Source of the DNA: Minisyncoccia bacterium
GTDB taxonomy: Bacteria; Patescibacteriota; Minisyncoccia; Phycocordibacterales; PALSA-1337
Length of the DNA stretch: 64,000 nucleotides
Reading direction: 5' to 3'
Assembly (NCBI GenBank): GCA_049997795.1
Contig: JBEKVT010000002.1
Coordinates: 65,664-129,663, forward strand
Shown: in pieces, positions 9,215 to 18,269 of the stretch
How the letters are laid out: each line of letters begins with the position of its first letter
How positions within the stretch are numbered: position 1 is the stretch's first letter
Translations under genes and position numbers: made by a program
Notes under the pieces: generated by a model
What the model was told of the DNA's origin: nothing
Databases searched by the model: none
Seen by the model: the letters and a program-made list of their open reading frames with translations, nothing else

Positions 9215-10099
9215 ATGCGCAGGATATCTTTATCGGATCTGATATTCGGGATAGCGATCGGATCTTTGGCGCTCTTGCCGCGCGGCGTATCTGCTGCAGA
9301 GTTGAGCTTCAAACTGATCTCTGATGATGCCGCCGGCAACGGAGCGGCCGTCGTCGAGGCCCGTATCGACTCACAAGAGAAGGACATAAACGCGATCGAC
9401 GGCATAATCAGCCTCGTGGGCACGGGAAAGACGGATATATCGTCGGTCGGGATAGAGACCGGAGGGTCGGTATTGACGTTCTGGCCGGTCCCGCCGCAGT
9501 ATTCTCCGACCGAAAAAGTCATCCGCTTCACCGGGGGAGTGCCGAACGGCTTCGATCGCGAGGGACCTCTCTTCCGCATGCATATCTTCACGTCCTCGCC
9601 TGGCGACGTGACCATCTCGTGGATCGGCGGCTCCGCCTATCTTAATGACGGCAAGGGCACTAGAGAGGGCATATACGCCAAATCCATCGTTGTGTCACTC
9701 GCCCCGCAAAACCAGAGCACATCTAACGGGTATTCTTACGACAAGACGCCGCCGAATTTCGATTCTGTCCTCGTCGGACGAGATCCGAACACGTACGGCG
9801 GAAGATATTTCGTGAGCTTCCACGCGATCGACGACATCTCCGGCGTAGCCCGATACGAAGTCAGGGAAGGACAGGCCGTGACGAGCGTCGCGAACGGAGT
9901 CTATGTGTTCAAAGACCAGACCATGGCGACGCCGGTCTTCATCACGGCGTATGATCAGGCGGGGAACAGCAAGACGGTGACCGTCGGATCGCCATCCAAC
10001 CGGCCGAAAGACATCATGATTACGGCATTATTCGCGGTCATCCTAATCATCCTTTTCGCCGTATTCAGATACGGACATAAAAGAGCCGCCAAGAGATAG
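9215..10099 (+). CDS. Membrane-anchored cohesin-domain protein
   Basis: VEARIDSQEKDINAIDGII...GGSVLTFWPVPP...IRFTGGVPNGF...AYLNDGKGT cohesin-like pattern; DKTPP...DDISGVARYEV Ig module; C-terminal TM. Confidence 0.72.
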   Translation: MRRISLSDLIFGIAIGSLALLPRGVSAAELSFKLISDDAAGNGAAVVEARIDSQEKDINAIDGIISLVGTGKTDISSVGIETGGSVLTFWPVPPQYSPTEKVIRFTGGVPNGFDREGPLFRMHIFTSSPGDVTISWIGGSAYLNDGKGTREGIYAKSIVVSLAPQNQSTSNGYSYDKTPPNFDSVLVGRDPNTYGGRYFVSFHAIDDISGVARYEVREGQAVTSVANGVYVFKDQTMATPVFITAYDQAGNSKTVTVGSPSNRPKDIMITALFAVILIILFAVFRYGHKRAAKR

Positions 10100-10182
10100 G
10101 ATAGCGGAGCTTTCGGTGGCGTCGTGATCGTAAACGATCACGACATCCTACCGAAATATAGTCACTTCGTTCCTTATTTCGG

Positions 10183-10253
10183 TGGACCTAGGGGGAGTCG
10201 AACCCCCGCCTCGGCAATGCGAATGCCGCGTAATACCACTTTACTATAGGCCC
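10183..10253 (-). tRNA. tRNA-Ala(CGC)
   Basis: GGGCCTA/TAGGTCC acceptor stem with G3:U70; CGGCA-TTCGCAT-TGCCG anticodon arm; GGTTCGACTCC. Confidence 0.92.
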
Positions 10254-10371
10254 CAGCGAGGTGCGAAATGAATATACCATGTCCATTCCGTCCGAGCGAC
10301 AGGCCTATATGAGCTAAGCGATCATAGGCCCGGCCGCCGCCTGCGGGTGCTTCTTGGCGGCTCTTTCAATG

Positions 10372-10442
10372 TCGGGGCGCCGAGAATCGAACTCGGACCT
10401 CACGCACCCGAAGCGTGTATACTACCACTATACTACGCCCCG
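10372..10442 (-). tRNA. tRNA-Pro(CGG)
   Basis: CGGGGCG acceptor; CACGC-TTCGGGT-GCGTG; GAGTTCGATTCTC. Confidence 0.93.
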
Positions 10443-10444
10443 TG

Positions 10445-10517
10445 TGGACCATACCGGACTCGAACCGGTCACCTCACCCATGCCATGGGTGCGCTCTACC
10501 AGATGAGCTAATGGCCC
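10445..10517 (-). tRNA. tRNA-Ala(GGC)
   Basis: GGGCCAT/ATGGTCC with G3:U70; CACCC-ATGGCAT-GGGTG. Confidence 0.95.
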
Positions 10518-10608
10518 GTCATTCTGGCGCCTCCACTCTATCATAATTTGATGATTTTTCAAGAATGCCGTAAGCTTGGGGACGTGCCGACCGATCGGCT
10601 CGCGATTC

Positions 10609-10682
10609 CGGGCTGTAGTATAGTGGTAGTATACATCCATGGGGTGGATGCGGTCCGGGTTCGATTCCCGGCAGCCCGACCA
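10609..10682 (+). tRNA. tRNA-Pro(GGG), CCA encoded
   Basis: CGGGCTG/CAGCCCG; CATCC-ATGGGGT-GGATG; ends ACCA. Confidence 0.94.
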
Positions 10683-10708
10683 GTGCGATTCGTTGGCGTG
10701 AATTATCA

Positions 10709-10782
10709 GCACCCTTAGCTCAGTCGGCTAGAGCGCGCCCTTCACACGGGCGAGGTCGCAGGTTCGAGCCCTGCAGGGTGCA
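10709..10782 (+). tRNA. tRNA-Val(CAC)
   Basis: GCACCCT/AGGGTGC; CGCCC-TTCACAC-GGGCG; GGTTCGAGCCC. Confidence 0.94.
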
Positions 10783-10842
10783 CAACAAAAATAGGGGGAA
10801 ATAAAAAAGCGGCGCGGGCCGCTTGGTTCCTTATAGGAAGAA

Positions 10843-11238
10843 TCAGAAGATCAAGAACAATATAAGCGAGAGGGTAGCTACAACGCCGACGAGGATGATG
10901 GTGGCGTTCCGCGACTTCCCGTACGCTTCGAGCTCCAGATCTCTGCCCGGCGACGGCATCTTGAGCATGGGGACTATCTCATCGAGCATCAGGCCGAAGC
11001 CGAGACCGACCAGGCCGATCGAGGCTGCGTTCCTCCAGCCGAAGACGAGCATGAATGCAGAGATCATGGCTAGCAGGAATCCCCAGTGGCCGTGATGGAT
11101 ATTGAGGCCGCTCTTCTCGCGAAGCGGCGTCCTGTCGAACGACGATCGCTTAATATTGAATTTGGTTCGCTGGTAGATCGTCGGCATGATCAACAACATC
11201 ACGAAGACCGCGAATTGCAAGTTTGTCAGAGTTTTCAT
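10843..11238 (-). CDS. Small integral membrane protein (HHGHWG motif)
   Basis: 131-aa ORF with about 4 hydrophobic segments; IHHGHWG and GLMLDE motifs. Confidence 0.7.
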   Translation of the reverse strand: MKTLTNLQFAVFVMLLIMPTIYQRTKFNIKRSSFDRTPLREKSGLNIHHGHWGFLLAMISAFMLVFGWRNAASIGLVGLGFGLMLDEIVPMLKMPSPGRDLELEAYGKSRNATIILVGVVATLSLILFLIF

Positions 11239-11347
11239 TGTTCAACATTCGGTTGTGTGTTCTAACAGTGATGTTAGCATAAGAAACCAGTTTGTCATCC
11301 CGTGATGAGCTTGCACCAACTGGGCTGTTTACGCTAGTATATCCGTC

Positions 11348-11539
11348 ATGGAAATGTTCGGCGACGCCATCGGGGCGCTTTTTAAGTTATGGGAAGAGAT
11401 GTTCCTCGTCATTCTTGCCGTCCTGCCGAAAGCCTTCAAACTCGTCCTGTGGGTTCTCCTCGCCGCCGTCATCCTGCCGTGCGTCTTCGTGGCCGGCAAC
11501 ATATACCCGAAGTGGGTGGAGTGGGGCGAAGATTTCTAG
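11348..11539 (+). CDS. Small membrane protein, 63 aa
   Basis: Hydrophobic ORF with host-like codon usage directly upstream of zwf. Confidence 0.6.
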   Translation: MEMFGDAIGALFKLWEEMFLVILAVLPKAFKLVLWVLLAAVILPCVFVAGNIYPKWVEWGEDF

Positions 11540-11551
11540 TACAATGACCGT

Positions 11552-12970
11552 ATGAGCCAGACCCAAGGGAAAGCCGCCGCTTCGGCCGCTCTCCATCCGA
11601 CCATCTTCGTCATCTTCGGCGTGACGGGCGACCTTGCCGGCCGCAAGCTCATCCCGGCTCTCCTAGGCCTTTTCTCCAAAAGGATGCTGCCTCAGCGCTT
11701 CGCCGTCATCGGCTTCTCCCGCCGGCCGTTCTCGAGAGAGGAGTTCCGCGAACTCATCCGGGAGAAGATGGGCGTCAAGCCGGGCGAATTCAGGGAAGAG
11801 GACGTGAAGCATTTCCTGGATCACATGTCGTACGAGCAGGGCTTGTTCGACGAGCCGGCAGCTTATGAACGGCTGTCGGCCCACGTCAAGGCGATCGACG
11901 ACCGCTGGGGCCAATGCTCGAACAAGCTGTTCCATCTGGCCGTGCCGCCGAGCCTCTACGAAGGCATCCTGAGGCGCCTGTCAGAATCGGGCCTGACCGA
12001 GACGTGCGCCGACGAGACCGGCTGGACCAGGATACTCATCGAGAAGCCTTTCGGCCGCGACCTGCCGACGGCCCAGGCCCTGGACAAGCTCCTGGGCAAG
12101 CTCTTCGAAGAGGAGCAGATCTTCCGCATCGACCATTACCTCGCCAAGGAATCATTGCAGAACATCCTGGCCTTCCGCTTCAACAACTCGCTGTTCGAGC
12201 CTATCTGGCGCCGAGATTTCATCGACAAGATCCACATCAAGCTCTTCGACGGAAGCGGCGTGGAAGAGCGGGGCGACACCTACGACGCCATGGGCGCTCT
12301 TAAGGATGTCGGCCAGAACCACATGCTGATGATGCTCTCGGCCATGACCATGGACAAGCCGAAGTCGTTCTCCGGCGCCGACATCCGGGCCGAGCGCGCC
12401 CGCGTCCTAAGTAAGCTCAGGGTCGCCACAGACCGGTCGGCGAAAAAGTGTTCGGTGAGAGGGCAATATTCCGGCTACCAGGCCGAGCCGGGTGTCTCGA
12501 AGCAATCGGAGACGGAGACTTATTTCCGCGTCAAGTCTTACATCAGCTCCTTCCGCTGGAAAAAAGTGCCGCTCTATCTCGAGTCCGGCAAGGGCCTCTC
12601 GGAGACCAAGACCGAGATCGACGTCTATTTCAAGGGCGGCAAGAACGAGAACGAGCAGAACATCCTGACTTTCCGCATCCAGCCGGACGAGGGCATCAAG
12701 ATCAAGTTCTTCGTCAAGACGCCGGGCCATGAATTCAGGGTCGAGCCGAAGACCTTGAAGTTCAAGTACGCCGACGTGCCAGCCGCCAACTGGCAGTCCA
12801 TGCCCAACGACTATGAGCGCCTGATCCACGATGCTTTCATCGGCGACCAAACCTTGTTCGCCTCGACCGAAGAGATCCTGGCCTCATGGAAATTCATCGA
12901 AGCCGTCCTCACGAGCTGGGAGGGCCTGCCGCTAATCAAATACGGAAGGGGAGCGAGGGAAGTGGGGTAA
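11552..12970 (+). CDS. zwf: Glucose-6-phosphate 1-dehydrogenase
   Basis: GVTGDLAGRKL Rossmann motif, IEKPFG, RIDHYLAKE, DVGQNH. Confidence 0.95.
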   Translation: MSQTQGKAAASAALHPTIFVIFGVTGDLAGRKLIPALLGLFSKRMLPQRFAVIGFSRRPFSREEFRELIREKMGVKPGEFREEDVKHFLDHMSYEQGLFDEPAAYERLSAHVKAIDDRWGQCSNKLFHLAVPPSLYEGILRRLSESGLTETCADETGWTRILIEKPFGRDLPTAQALDKLLGKLFEEEQIFRIDHYLAKESLQNILAFRFNNSLFEPIWRRDFIDKIHIKLFDGSGVEERGDTYDAMGALKDVGQNHMLMMLSAMTMDKPKSFSGADIRAERARVLSKLRVATDRSAKKCSVRGQYSGYQAEPGVSKQSETETYFRVKSYISSFRWKKVPLYLESGKGLSETKTEIDVYFKGGKNENEQNILTFRIQPDEGIKIKFFVKTPGHEFRVEPKTLKFKYADVPAANWQSMPNDYERLIHDAFIGDQTLFASTEEILASWKFIEAVLTSWEGLPLIKYGRGAREVG

Positions 12971-13027
12971 AGGAAAAGCCCGCTCCAGTGAAGGTGCGGG
13001 CTTGTAAATGCTCGTCTCGTCAGTCGC

Positions 13028-13363
13028 TTACCTCATCATCTTCAGCGTTTCTTCAATGAGGAACGCTGCGATAAACGCGGTGAGCATGATCGCAGGCAAG
13101 TACCTGAGGGCCATGCTCGGCGGGCCCTTCCATTCGCCCGGGGGAGCCTTCAGCCCCTTGCTCACACTGACGAGGATGAACGCCACCCCGGCCACGAACG
13201 AGCAGAAGCTCAACAATTCGGTCAGACGGATGTAGGGCAGGGCTTTCGCTACCCCCAGCGGCTCACAGAGGATGTAGCCAAATCCCCAGAAAGAGAGGAT
13301 GACACCACCCACTCCGAGGAAGAGACAAATATCCGAGATGATGTTTTTGGTCTTGTTATTCAT
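13028..13363 (-). CDS. Orphan 3-TM membrane protein
   Basis: 111-aa hydrophobic ORF with own TTGACA...TATAAT promoter (~13480-13509, minus strand) and hairpin terminator (~12974-13003). Confidence 0.65.
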   Translation of the reverse strand: MNNKTKNIISDICLFLGVGGVILSFWGFGYILCEPLGVAKALPYIRLTELLSFCSFVAGVAFILVSVSKGLKAPPGEWKGPPSMALRYLPAIMLTAFIAAFLIEETLKMMR

Positions 13364-13548
13364 TGGTTAAGTCTGGTTTGAAAGGCGATAATCCGCTCGG
13401 CGCAATGCCGGCAAGTCGATTATTTCCTTTCTGCCAAACTCAACCTGAATACCTGATCTCAATGTGCTTTTACCCTTATATTATACACCATAATATACCT
13501 ACTTGTCAAGCTCTATTAAACGCCTCAAAATAATGCTAATTTAGCCGT

Positions 13549-14646
13549 ATGTCTCTCTCTATCGGCATAGTTGGCTTGCCGAATGTCGGAAAATCGACGC
13601 TATTCAACGCGCTCACGAAAAAGTCGGTGCCGGCGGAGAATTATCCTTTCTGCACCATAGACCCGTCGGTCGGTGTGGTGGCCGTGCCCGACGAGCGACT
13701 CGGCAAGCTCTCGGCATTCTCGAAGTCCGAAAAGACCATTCCGGCGGCGGTCGAATTCACGGACATCGCCGGCCTGGTCAAGGGCGCCTCGGAAGGCGAG
13801 GGCCTCGGCAACCAGTTCCTGTCGCACATCCGCGAGACCGATGCCATCGCCGAGGTCGTGCGCATCTTCGAGGACGAGAACGTCATCCATGTGCACGGCA
13901 AGATCGACCCCCTGAAAGACATAGAAGTCGTCAACCTGGAATTGATCATGGCTGATATGCAGACCATCGCCAAGAGGAAGAATTCCATCGGCAAAGAGGT
14001 CAAGGCCGGCAAGAAGGAGGCCGTCATTGAGGCCGGGCTATTGGAAAAACTCGAACCGGCCCTTCAGGCCGGCAAATTGGCTTCAATGGTCAAAACGACC
14101 GAGTTCGAAGCGCCTTTCTTGAAACAATTGTGTTTGATAACCGCCAAGCCGATCCTGTACGTCCTGAACAAGAAGGCCGGCGCGAAGAATCTGGACGAAT
14201 TGAAAGACGGAAGATGGAACAGGCTCATGGAGCTTTTAAAATCAACGAATGCCGGCTATGTGATAGTGGACGCCGGCATCGAACAGGAATTGAAAGACCT
14301 GGAAGAATCTGACAAGAAGGAGATGCGGGAAGGGCTTGGCTCGCATGACGACGGAGTCAACGACCTCATCCGCAAGGGTTATGACCTGCTTGGCCTCATC
14401 ACTTACTTCACGACTGGGACCGACGAGACGCGAGCCTGGACGATCAAGGGCGGCTGGACTGCCCCGGAAGCCGGCACCGCCATTCACACCGACTTCAAGG
14501 ATAAATTCGTGCGGGCCGAAGTCATTCAATGGCAAGAGCTCCTCAACGTAGGCTCTTACGCCGCTGCCCGCGAGAAGGGCCTGATCAGGACGGAAGGGAA
14601 AGAATACGTCGTCAAGGACGGCGACGTCATCGAATTCAAGATATAG
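13549..14646 (+). CDS. ychF: Redox-regulated ATPase YchF
   Basis: [55 protein letters not shown]. Confidence 0.97.
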   Translation: MSLSIGIVGLPNVGKSTLFNALTKKSVPAENYPFCTIDPSVGVVAVPDERLGKLSAFSKSEKTIPAAVEFTDIAGLVKGASEGEGLGNQFLSHIRETDAIAEVVRIFEDENVIHVHGKIDPLKDIEVVNLELIMADMQTIAKRKNSIGKEVKAGKKEAVIEAGLLEKLEPALQAGKLASMVKTTEFEAPFLKQLCLITAKPILYVLNKKAGAKNLDELKDGRWNRLMELLKSTNAGYVIVDAGIEQELKDLEESDKKEMREGLGSHDDGVNDLIRKGYDLLGLITYFTTGTDETRAWTIKGGWTAPEAGTAIHTDFKDKFVRAEVIQWQELLNVGSYAAAREKGLIRTEGKEYVVKDGDVIEFKI

Positions 14647-14670
14647 CCGGCAAGTGCTATGATGATGCGT

Positions 14671-17091
14671 ATGAATAACAAGCTCCCGGCATACGACCCG
14701 GCCAAGATAGAGAAGAAGTGGCAGAAGAAGTGGGCCGCTTCGAAGCTGTACCGCTCCGAAGAGACGGCCGGCAAGAAGAAGGCTTATATCCTGGACATGT
14801 TCCCGTATCCGTCCGGCGAAGGCCTTCACGTCGGTCATCCCAAAGGCTACATCGCCACGGATATTGTCTCGCGCATGAGGCGCATGCAGGGCCTGAACGT
14901 CCTGCATCCCATGGGCTTCGACGCTTTCGGCCTGCCGGCGGAGAATTACGCCCTGAAGATGAAGACCAATCCCATGATCGGCGTAGCCAAGAACGTCGAG
15001 CGCTTCAAGGAACAGCTGGAGATCCTCGGCTTCGATTATGATTGGTCGCGGGAGATCAATACGACCGACCCGGAGTATTACAAGTGGACGCAATGGATCT
15101 TCTTGCGATTATTCAAGAAGGGCCTGGCCTACGAATCGTACGAGCCGATCAACTGGTGCCCGTCGTGCAAGACGGGACTCGCCAATGAGGACGTCGAGGG
15201 CAGCCGGTGCGAGCGCTGCGGCACGCCGGTCGAGAAGAAGCCGATGAGGCAGTGGGTGCTCAAGATCACCGACTACGCAGACAAGCTTCTGCGCGATCTC
15301 GACGCGAAAGGCCCGGACAGCAAGCCGCTCATCGAATGGCCGGAGTCCATCAAGGAATTACAGAGAAACTGGATAGGCCGGAGCGAGGGGGCGCTCCTCA
15401 CGTTCAAGGTGAAGGGCGGCGGACGGGCGATCGACGTCTTCACCACGAGGCCGGACACTTTGTTCGGCGTGACTTACATGGTCGTCGCCCCAGAACACAA
15501 GCTGGTGAAAGAGCTTTTGCCGTCCGTCGAGAACAAGAAGGAAGTAGAGAGTTATATCGCCAAGGCCGCGATCGCCACGGAGATCGAGCGGACGGACATG
15601 ACCAAGGATAAGACCGGCGTCGAATTGAGGGGCGTCAAGGCGGTGAATCCCGCCAACAATGAGGAAGTGCCGGTATGGATCGCCGACTACGTTCTGGCCG
15701 ATTACGGCACCGGCGCCGTCATGGCCGTGCCGGCACACGATGATAGGGATTACGCTTTCGCCAAGAAGTTCGGGCTGGCTATACGGGAAGTCATCGCGGG
15801 AGGGGATATCAACAAGACCGCGTACATCGAAGACGGTCGACTGGTCAATTCCGGCAAGTTCGACGGCAAGGATTCGCAAGCCGTGATGAAAGAGATCACG
15901 GGCTTCGCCCACGGCAAATGGGTGACGAAATACAAGCTCCGCGACTGGGTCTTCTCGCGCCAGAGGTATTGGGGCGAGCCGATCCCGATCATCCATTGCG
16001 AGAAGTGCGGCGCGGTGCCCGTGCCCGAAGAAGACCTGCCGGTCAAATTGCCTAAGGTGAAATACTATGAGCCTACGGGGACGGGGGAATCACCTCTGGC
16101 CGCTATCGATAAGTGGGTGAATGTGAAGTGCCCCAAGTGCGGCGGCAAAGGAAAGCGCGAGACCAACACCATGCCGCAATGGGCCGGCTCGAGCTGGTAC
16201 TATTTGCGATACGAGGACCCGAAGAATGACAAGGCGCTCGTCGACCTCGAAAAAGAGAAGTATTGGTCGCCTGTCGATTTGTATGTTGGTGGCGCCGAGC
16301 ACGCCACCCGCCATTTGATCTACGCCCGCTTCTGGCACAAATTCTTGTATGACATCGGCGCGGTCTCGACCATCGAGCCGTTCACCAGATTGCAGTCTGT
16401 CGGCCTCATCATGGGCGAGGACGGCCGGAAGATGTCCAAGCGCTTCGGCAACATCGTCAACCCGGACGACATCGTCAAGACTTACGGCGCCGACACCATG
16501 CGCCTCTATGAGATGTTCATGGGGCCGTTCGATCAGCAGATCTCTTGGAACACCTCGAGCATGGTCGGAGCGCGGCGGTTCATCGAGCGGGTGTGGAAAT
16601 TAAGAGAGAAAGCCGCCGAAGTTGGAGCTTCCGACCGGATCATTCACAAGACCGTCAAGAAGGTCACTGAGGACATAGAGAACCTCCGTTTCAACACTGC
16701 CATCAGCGCTCTGATGATAGCCCTGAACGAACTGGATAAAGGCAAGTCGATCGCCAGAAAAGACTTTGAATCATATTTGAAGCTACTGGCTCCGTTCGCT
16801 CCTCACGTCGCCGAAGAGCTGTGGATATCTCTCGGCAACAAGAAGTCGATCCATGTATCCGAATGGCCGAAATTCGATCCTGCCATGGTCAAGGACTCGA
16901 ATGCGTCGATAGTCGTCCAGATAAACGGCAGAGTCCGCGGATCCTTCGAGTCGGAGCGCGGGAAGGGGAAGGAATGGCTGGAGAACACGGCAAAAACCCT
17001 TCCGGAGGCCAAAAAATGGCTCGAGGGCAAGAAGATCAAGCGGATCGTGGTCGTGCCGGACAAATTGGTCAATGTCGTGACGGAATCTTGA
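14671..17091 (+). CDS. leuS: Leucine--tRNA ligase
   Basis: MFPYPSGEGLHVGH, SRQRYWGEPIP, KMSKR; ATG 14671 is 7 nt after TGCTATGAT. Confidence 0.97.
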   Translation: MNNKLPAYDPAKIEKKWQKKWAASKLYRSEETAGKKKAYILDMFPYPSGEGLHVGHPKGYIATDIVSRMRRMQGLNVLHPMGFDAFGLPAENYALKMKTNPMIGVAKNVERFKEQLEILGFDYDWSREINTTDPEYYKWTQWIFLRLFKKGLAYESYEPINWCPSCKTGLANEDVEGSRCERCGTPVEKKPMRQWVLKITDYADKLLRDLDAKGPDSKPLIEWPESIKELQRNWIGRSEGALLTFKVKGGGRAIDVFTTRPDTLFGVTYMVVAPEHKLVKELLPSVENKKEVESYIAKAAIATEIERTDMTKDKTGVELRGVKAVNPANNEEVPVWIADYVLADYGTGAVMAVPAHDDRDYAFAKKFGLAIREVIAGGDINKTAYIEDGRLVNSGKFDGKDSQAVMKEITGFAHGKWVTKYKLRDWVFSRQRYWGEPIPIIHCEKCGAVPVPEEDLPVKLPKVKYYEPTGTGESPLAAIDKWVNVKCPKCGGKGKRETNTMPQWAGSSWYYLRYEDPKNDKALVDLEKEKYWSPVDLYVGGAEHATRHLIYARFWHKFLYDIGAVSTIEPFTRLQSVGLIMGEDGRKMSKRFGNIVNPDDIVKTYGADTMRLYEMFMGPFDQQISWNTSSMVGARRFIERVWKLREKAAEVGASDRIIHKTVKKVTEDIENLRFNTAISALMIALNELDKGKSIARKDFESYLKLLAPFAPHVAEELWISLGNKKSIHVSEWPKFDPAMVKDSNASIVVQINGRVRGSFESERGKGKEWLENTAKTLPEAKKWLEGKKIKRIVVVPDKLVNVVTES

Positions 17092-17209
17092 CAAATCATA
17101 GATATGAAGGTAATATGAAAAAACCCTGATTTTGACCGATTTTCAGCAAATCCACACATAATTGACTTTATTACAAGCAGGTGATAGAAATAACATAACA
17201 ACACCCACC

Positions 17210-18247
17210 ATGGCCACCGCCGTCGTCTCATTCAAACCAAAACAAGTCGTCAAGCGCCTGCTTTCGAGCCTGCCTGATCGCGCCCGCGAGATCATCGTCT
17301 ATCGCTACGGCCTCGGCTCGGACGACAAACGCATGACCCTGGACGCCATCGGCAAAAAATACGGCATCACCAGGGAACGCGTCAGGCAAGTCGAGAATTA
17401 CGCTCTCGGCGTCGTCCGCAAATCGCAGGAATATGCCCGCGAGAAAGCGGCCTTCGCGGAGATGGAGACTCTGCTGCACTCGCTCGGCGGGGTAGTGGTG
17501 GAAGAAGACTTCCTCGGCCACGTCTCCAAAGACAAGAGCCTGCAGAATCACGTCCACTTCCTCTTGGTCGTGGGCGAGCCTTTCAAGAAGCGCAAGGAAG
17601 ACGAGGATTTCCGCCACCGCTGGCACGTCAACGAGGAGCTCGCCAAGAAGGTCGAAGAGGCTCTGAAGAAGCTGTACGCCGGCCTCTCCACCGAAGCCCT
17701 TCTACCGGAGTCGGAGATGGTCAACCGGCTCCTCACTCACCTCGAAGACGTCTCCGAGCGCTACAAGAACCAGGAGATCATCAAGCGCTGGCTTTCCATC
17801 TCCAAGAAGGTCGGCCGTAACAGCCTGGGCGATTGGGGTCTCACCCATTCCTCGAACATCCGCACCAAGGGCGTGCGCGACTACGCATTCCTGGCTATCC
17901 GGAAGCACGGTTCGCCGATCCATTTTCGCGACGTGGCCAAGCAGATCGAGAAGCTTTTCAACAAGAAAGCCCACGTGGCCACCACCCATAACGAGCTCAT
18001 CAAGGACAAGCGCTTCGTCCTGGTCGGCCGCGGCCTCTACGCCCTGGCCGAGTGGGGCTATGCGCCCGGCGTCGTCCGTGACGTCATCAAGAATATCCTG
18101 GAGAAGAACGGGCCGCTTTCGAAGGAGGACGTCATCGCCAAGGTCCTGAAAGAGCGCTACGTCAAAGAGAACACCATCGCCGTCAATCTGCAGAACCCGA
18201 AATATTTCAAGCACGACAAGGACGGCAGATACGCCATCGCGGCATAG
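17210..18247 (+). CDS. Sigma70 region-4-like HTH + HARE-HTH (RNAP delta-like) DNA-binding protein
   Basis: MTLDAIGKKYGITRERVRQVE (sigma r4); IHFRDVA...THNELIKDKRFVLVGRGLYAL (HARE-HTH); no sigma region 2. Confidence 0.8.
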   Translation: MATAVVSFKPKQVVKRLLSSLPDRAREIIVYRYGLGSDDKRMTLDAIGKKYGITRERVRQVENYALGVVRKSQEYAREKAAFAEMETLLHSLGGVVVEEDFLGHVSKDKSLQNHVHFLLVVGEPFKKRKEDEDFRHRWHVNEELAKKVEEALKKLYAGLSTEALLPESEMVNRLLTHLEDVSERYKNQEIIKRWLSISKKVGRNSLGDWGLTHSSNIRTKGVRDYAFLAIRKHGSPIHFRDVAKQIEKLFNKKAHVATTHNELIKDKRFVLVGRGLYALAEWGYAPGVVRDVIKNILEKNGPLSKEDVIAKVLKERYVKENTIAVNLQNPKYFKHDKDGRYAIAA

Positions 18248-18269
18248 GAAACTTTGTTATAATAGGGCC

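Noticed and set aside
2783-10253. Integrative element with att sites between the two tRNA-Ala genes
   Set aside because: No integrase and no duplicated tRNA 3' end beyond ordinary isoacceptor similarity
10445-10682. A32-U38 in the anticodon loops of tRNA-Ala(GGC) and tRNA-Pro(GGG)
   Set aside because: A known conserved feature of such tRNAs, not an anomaly
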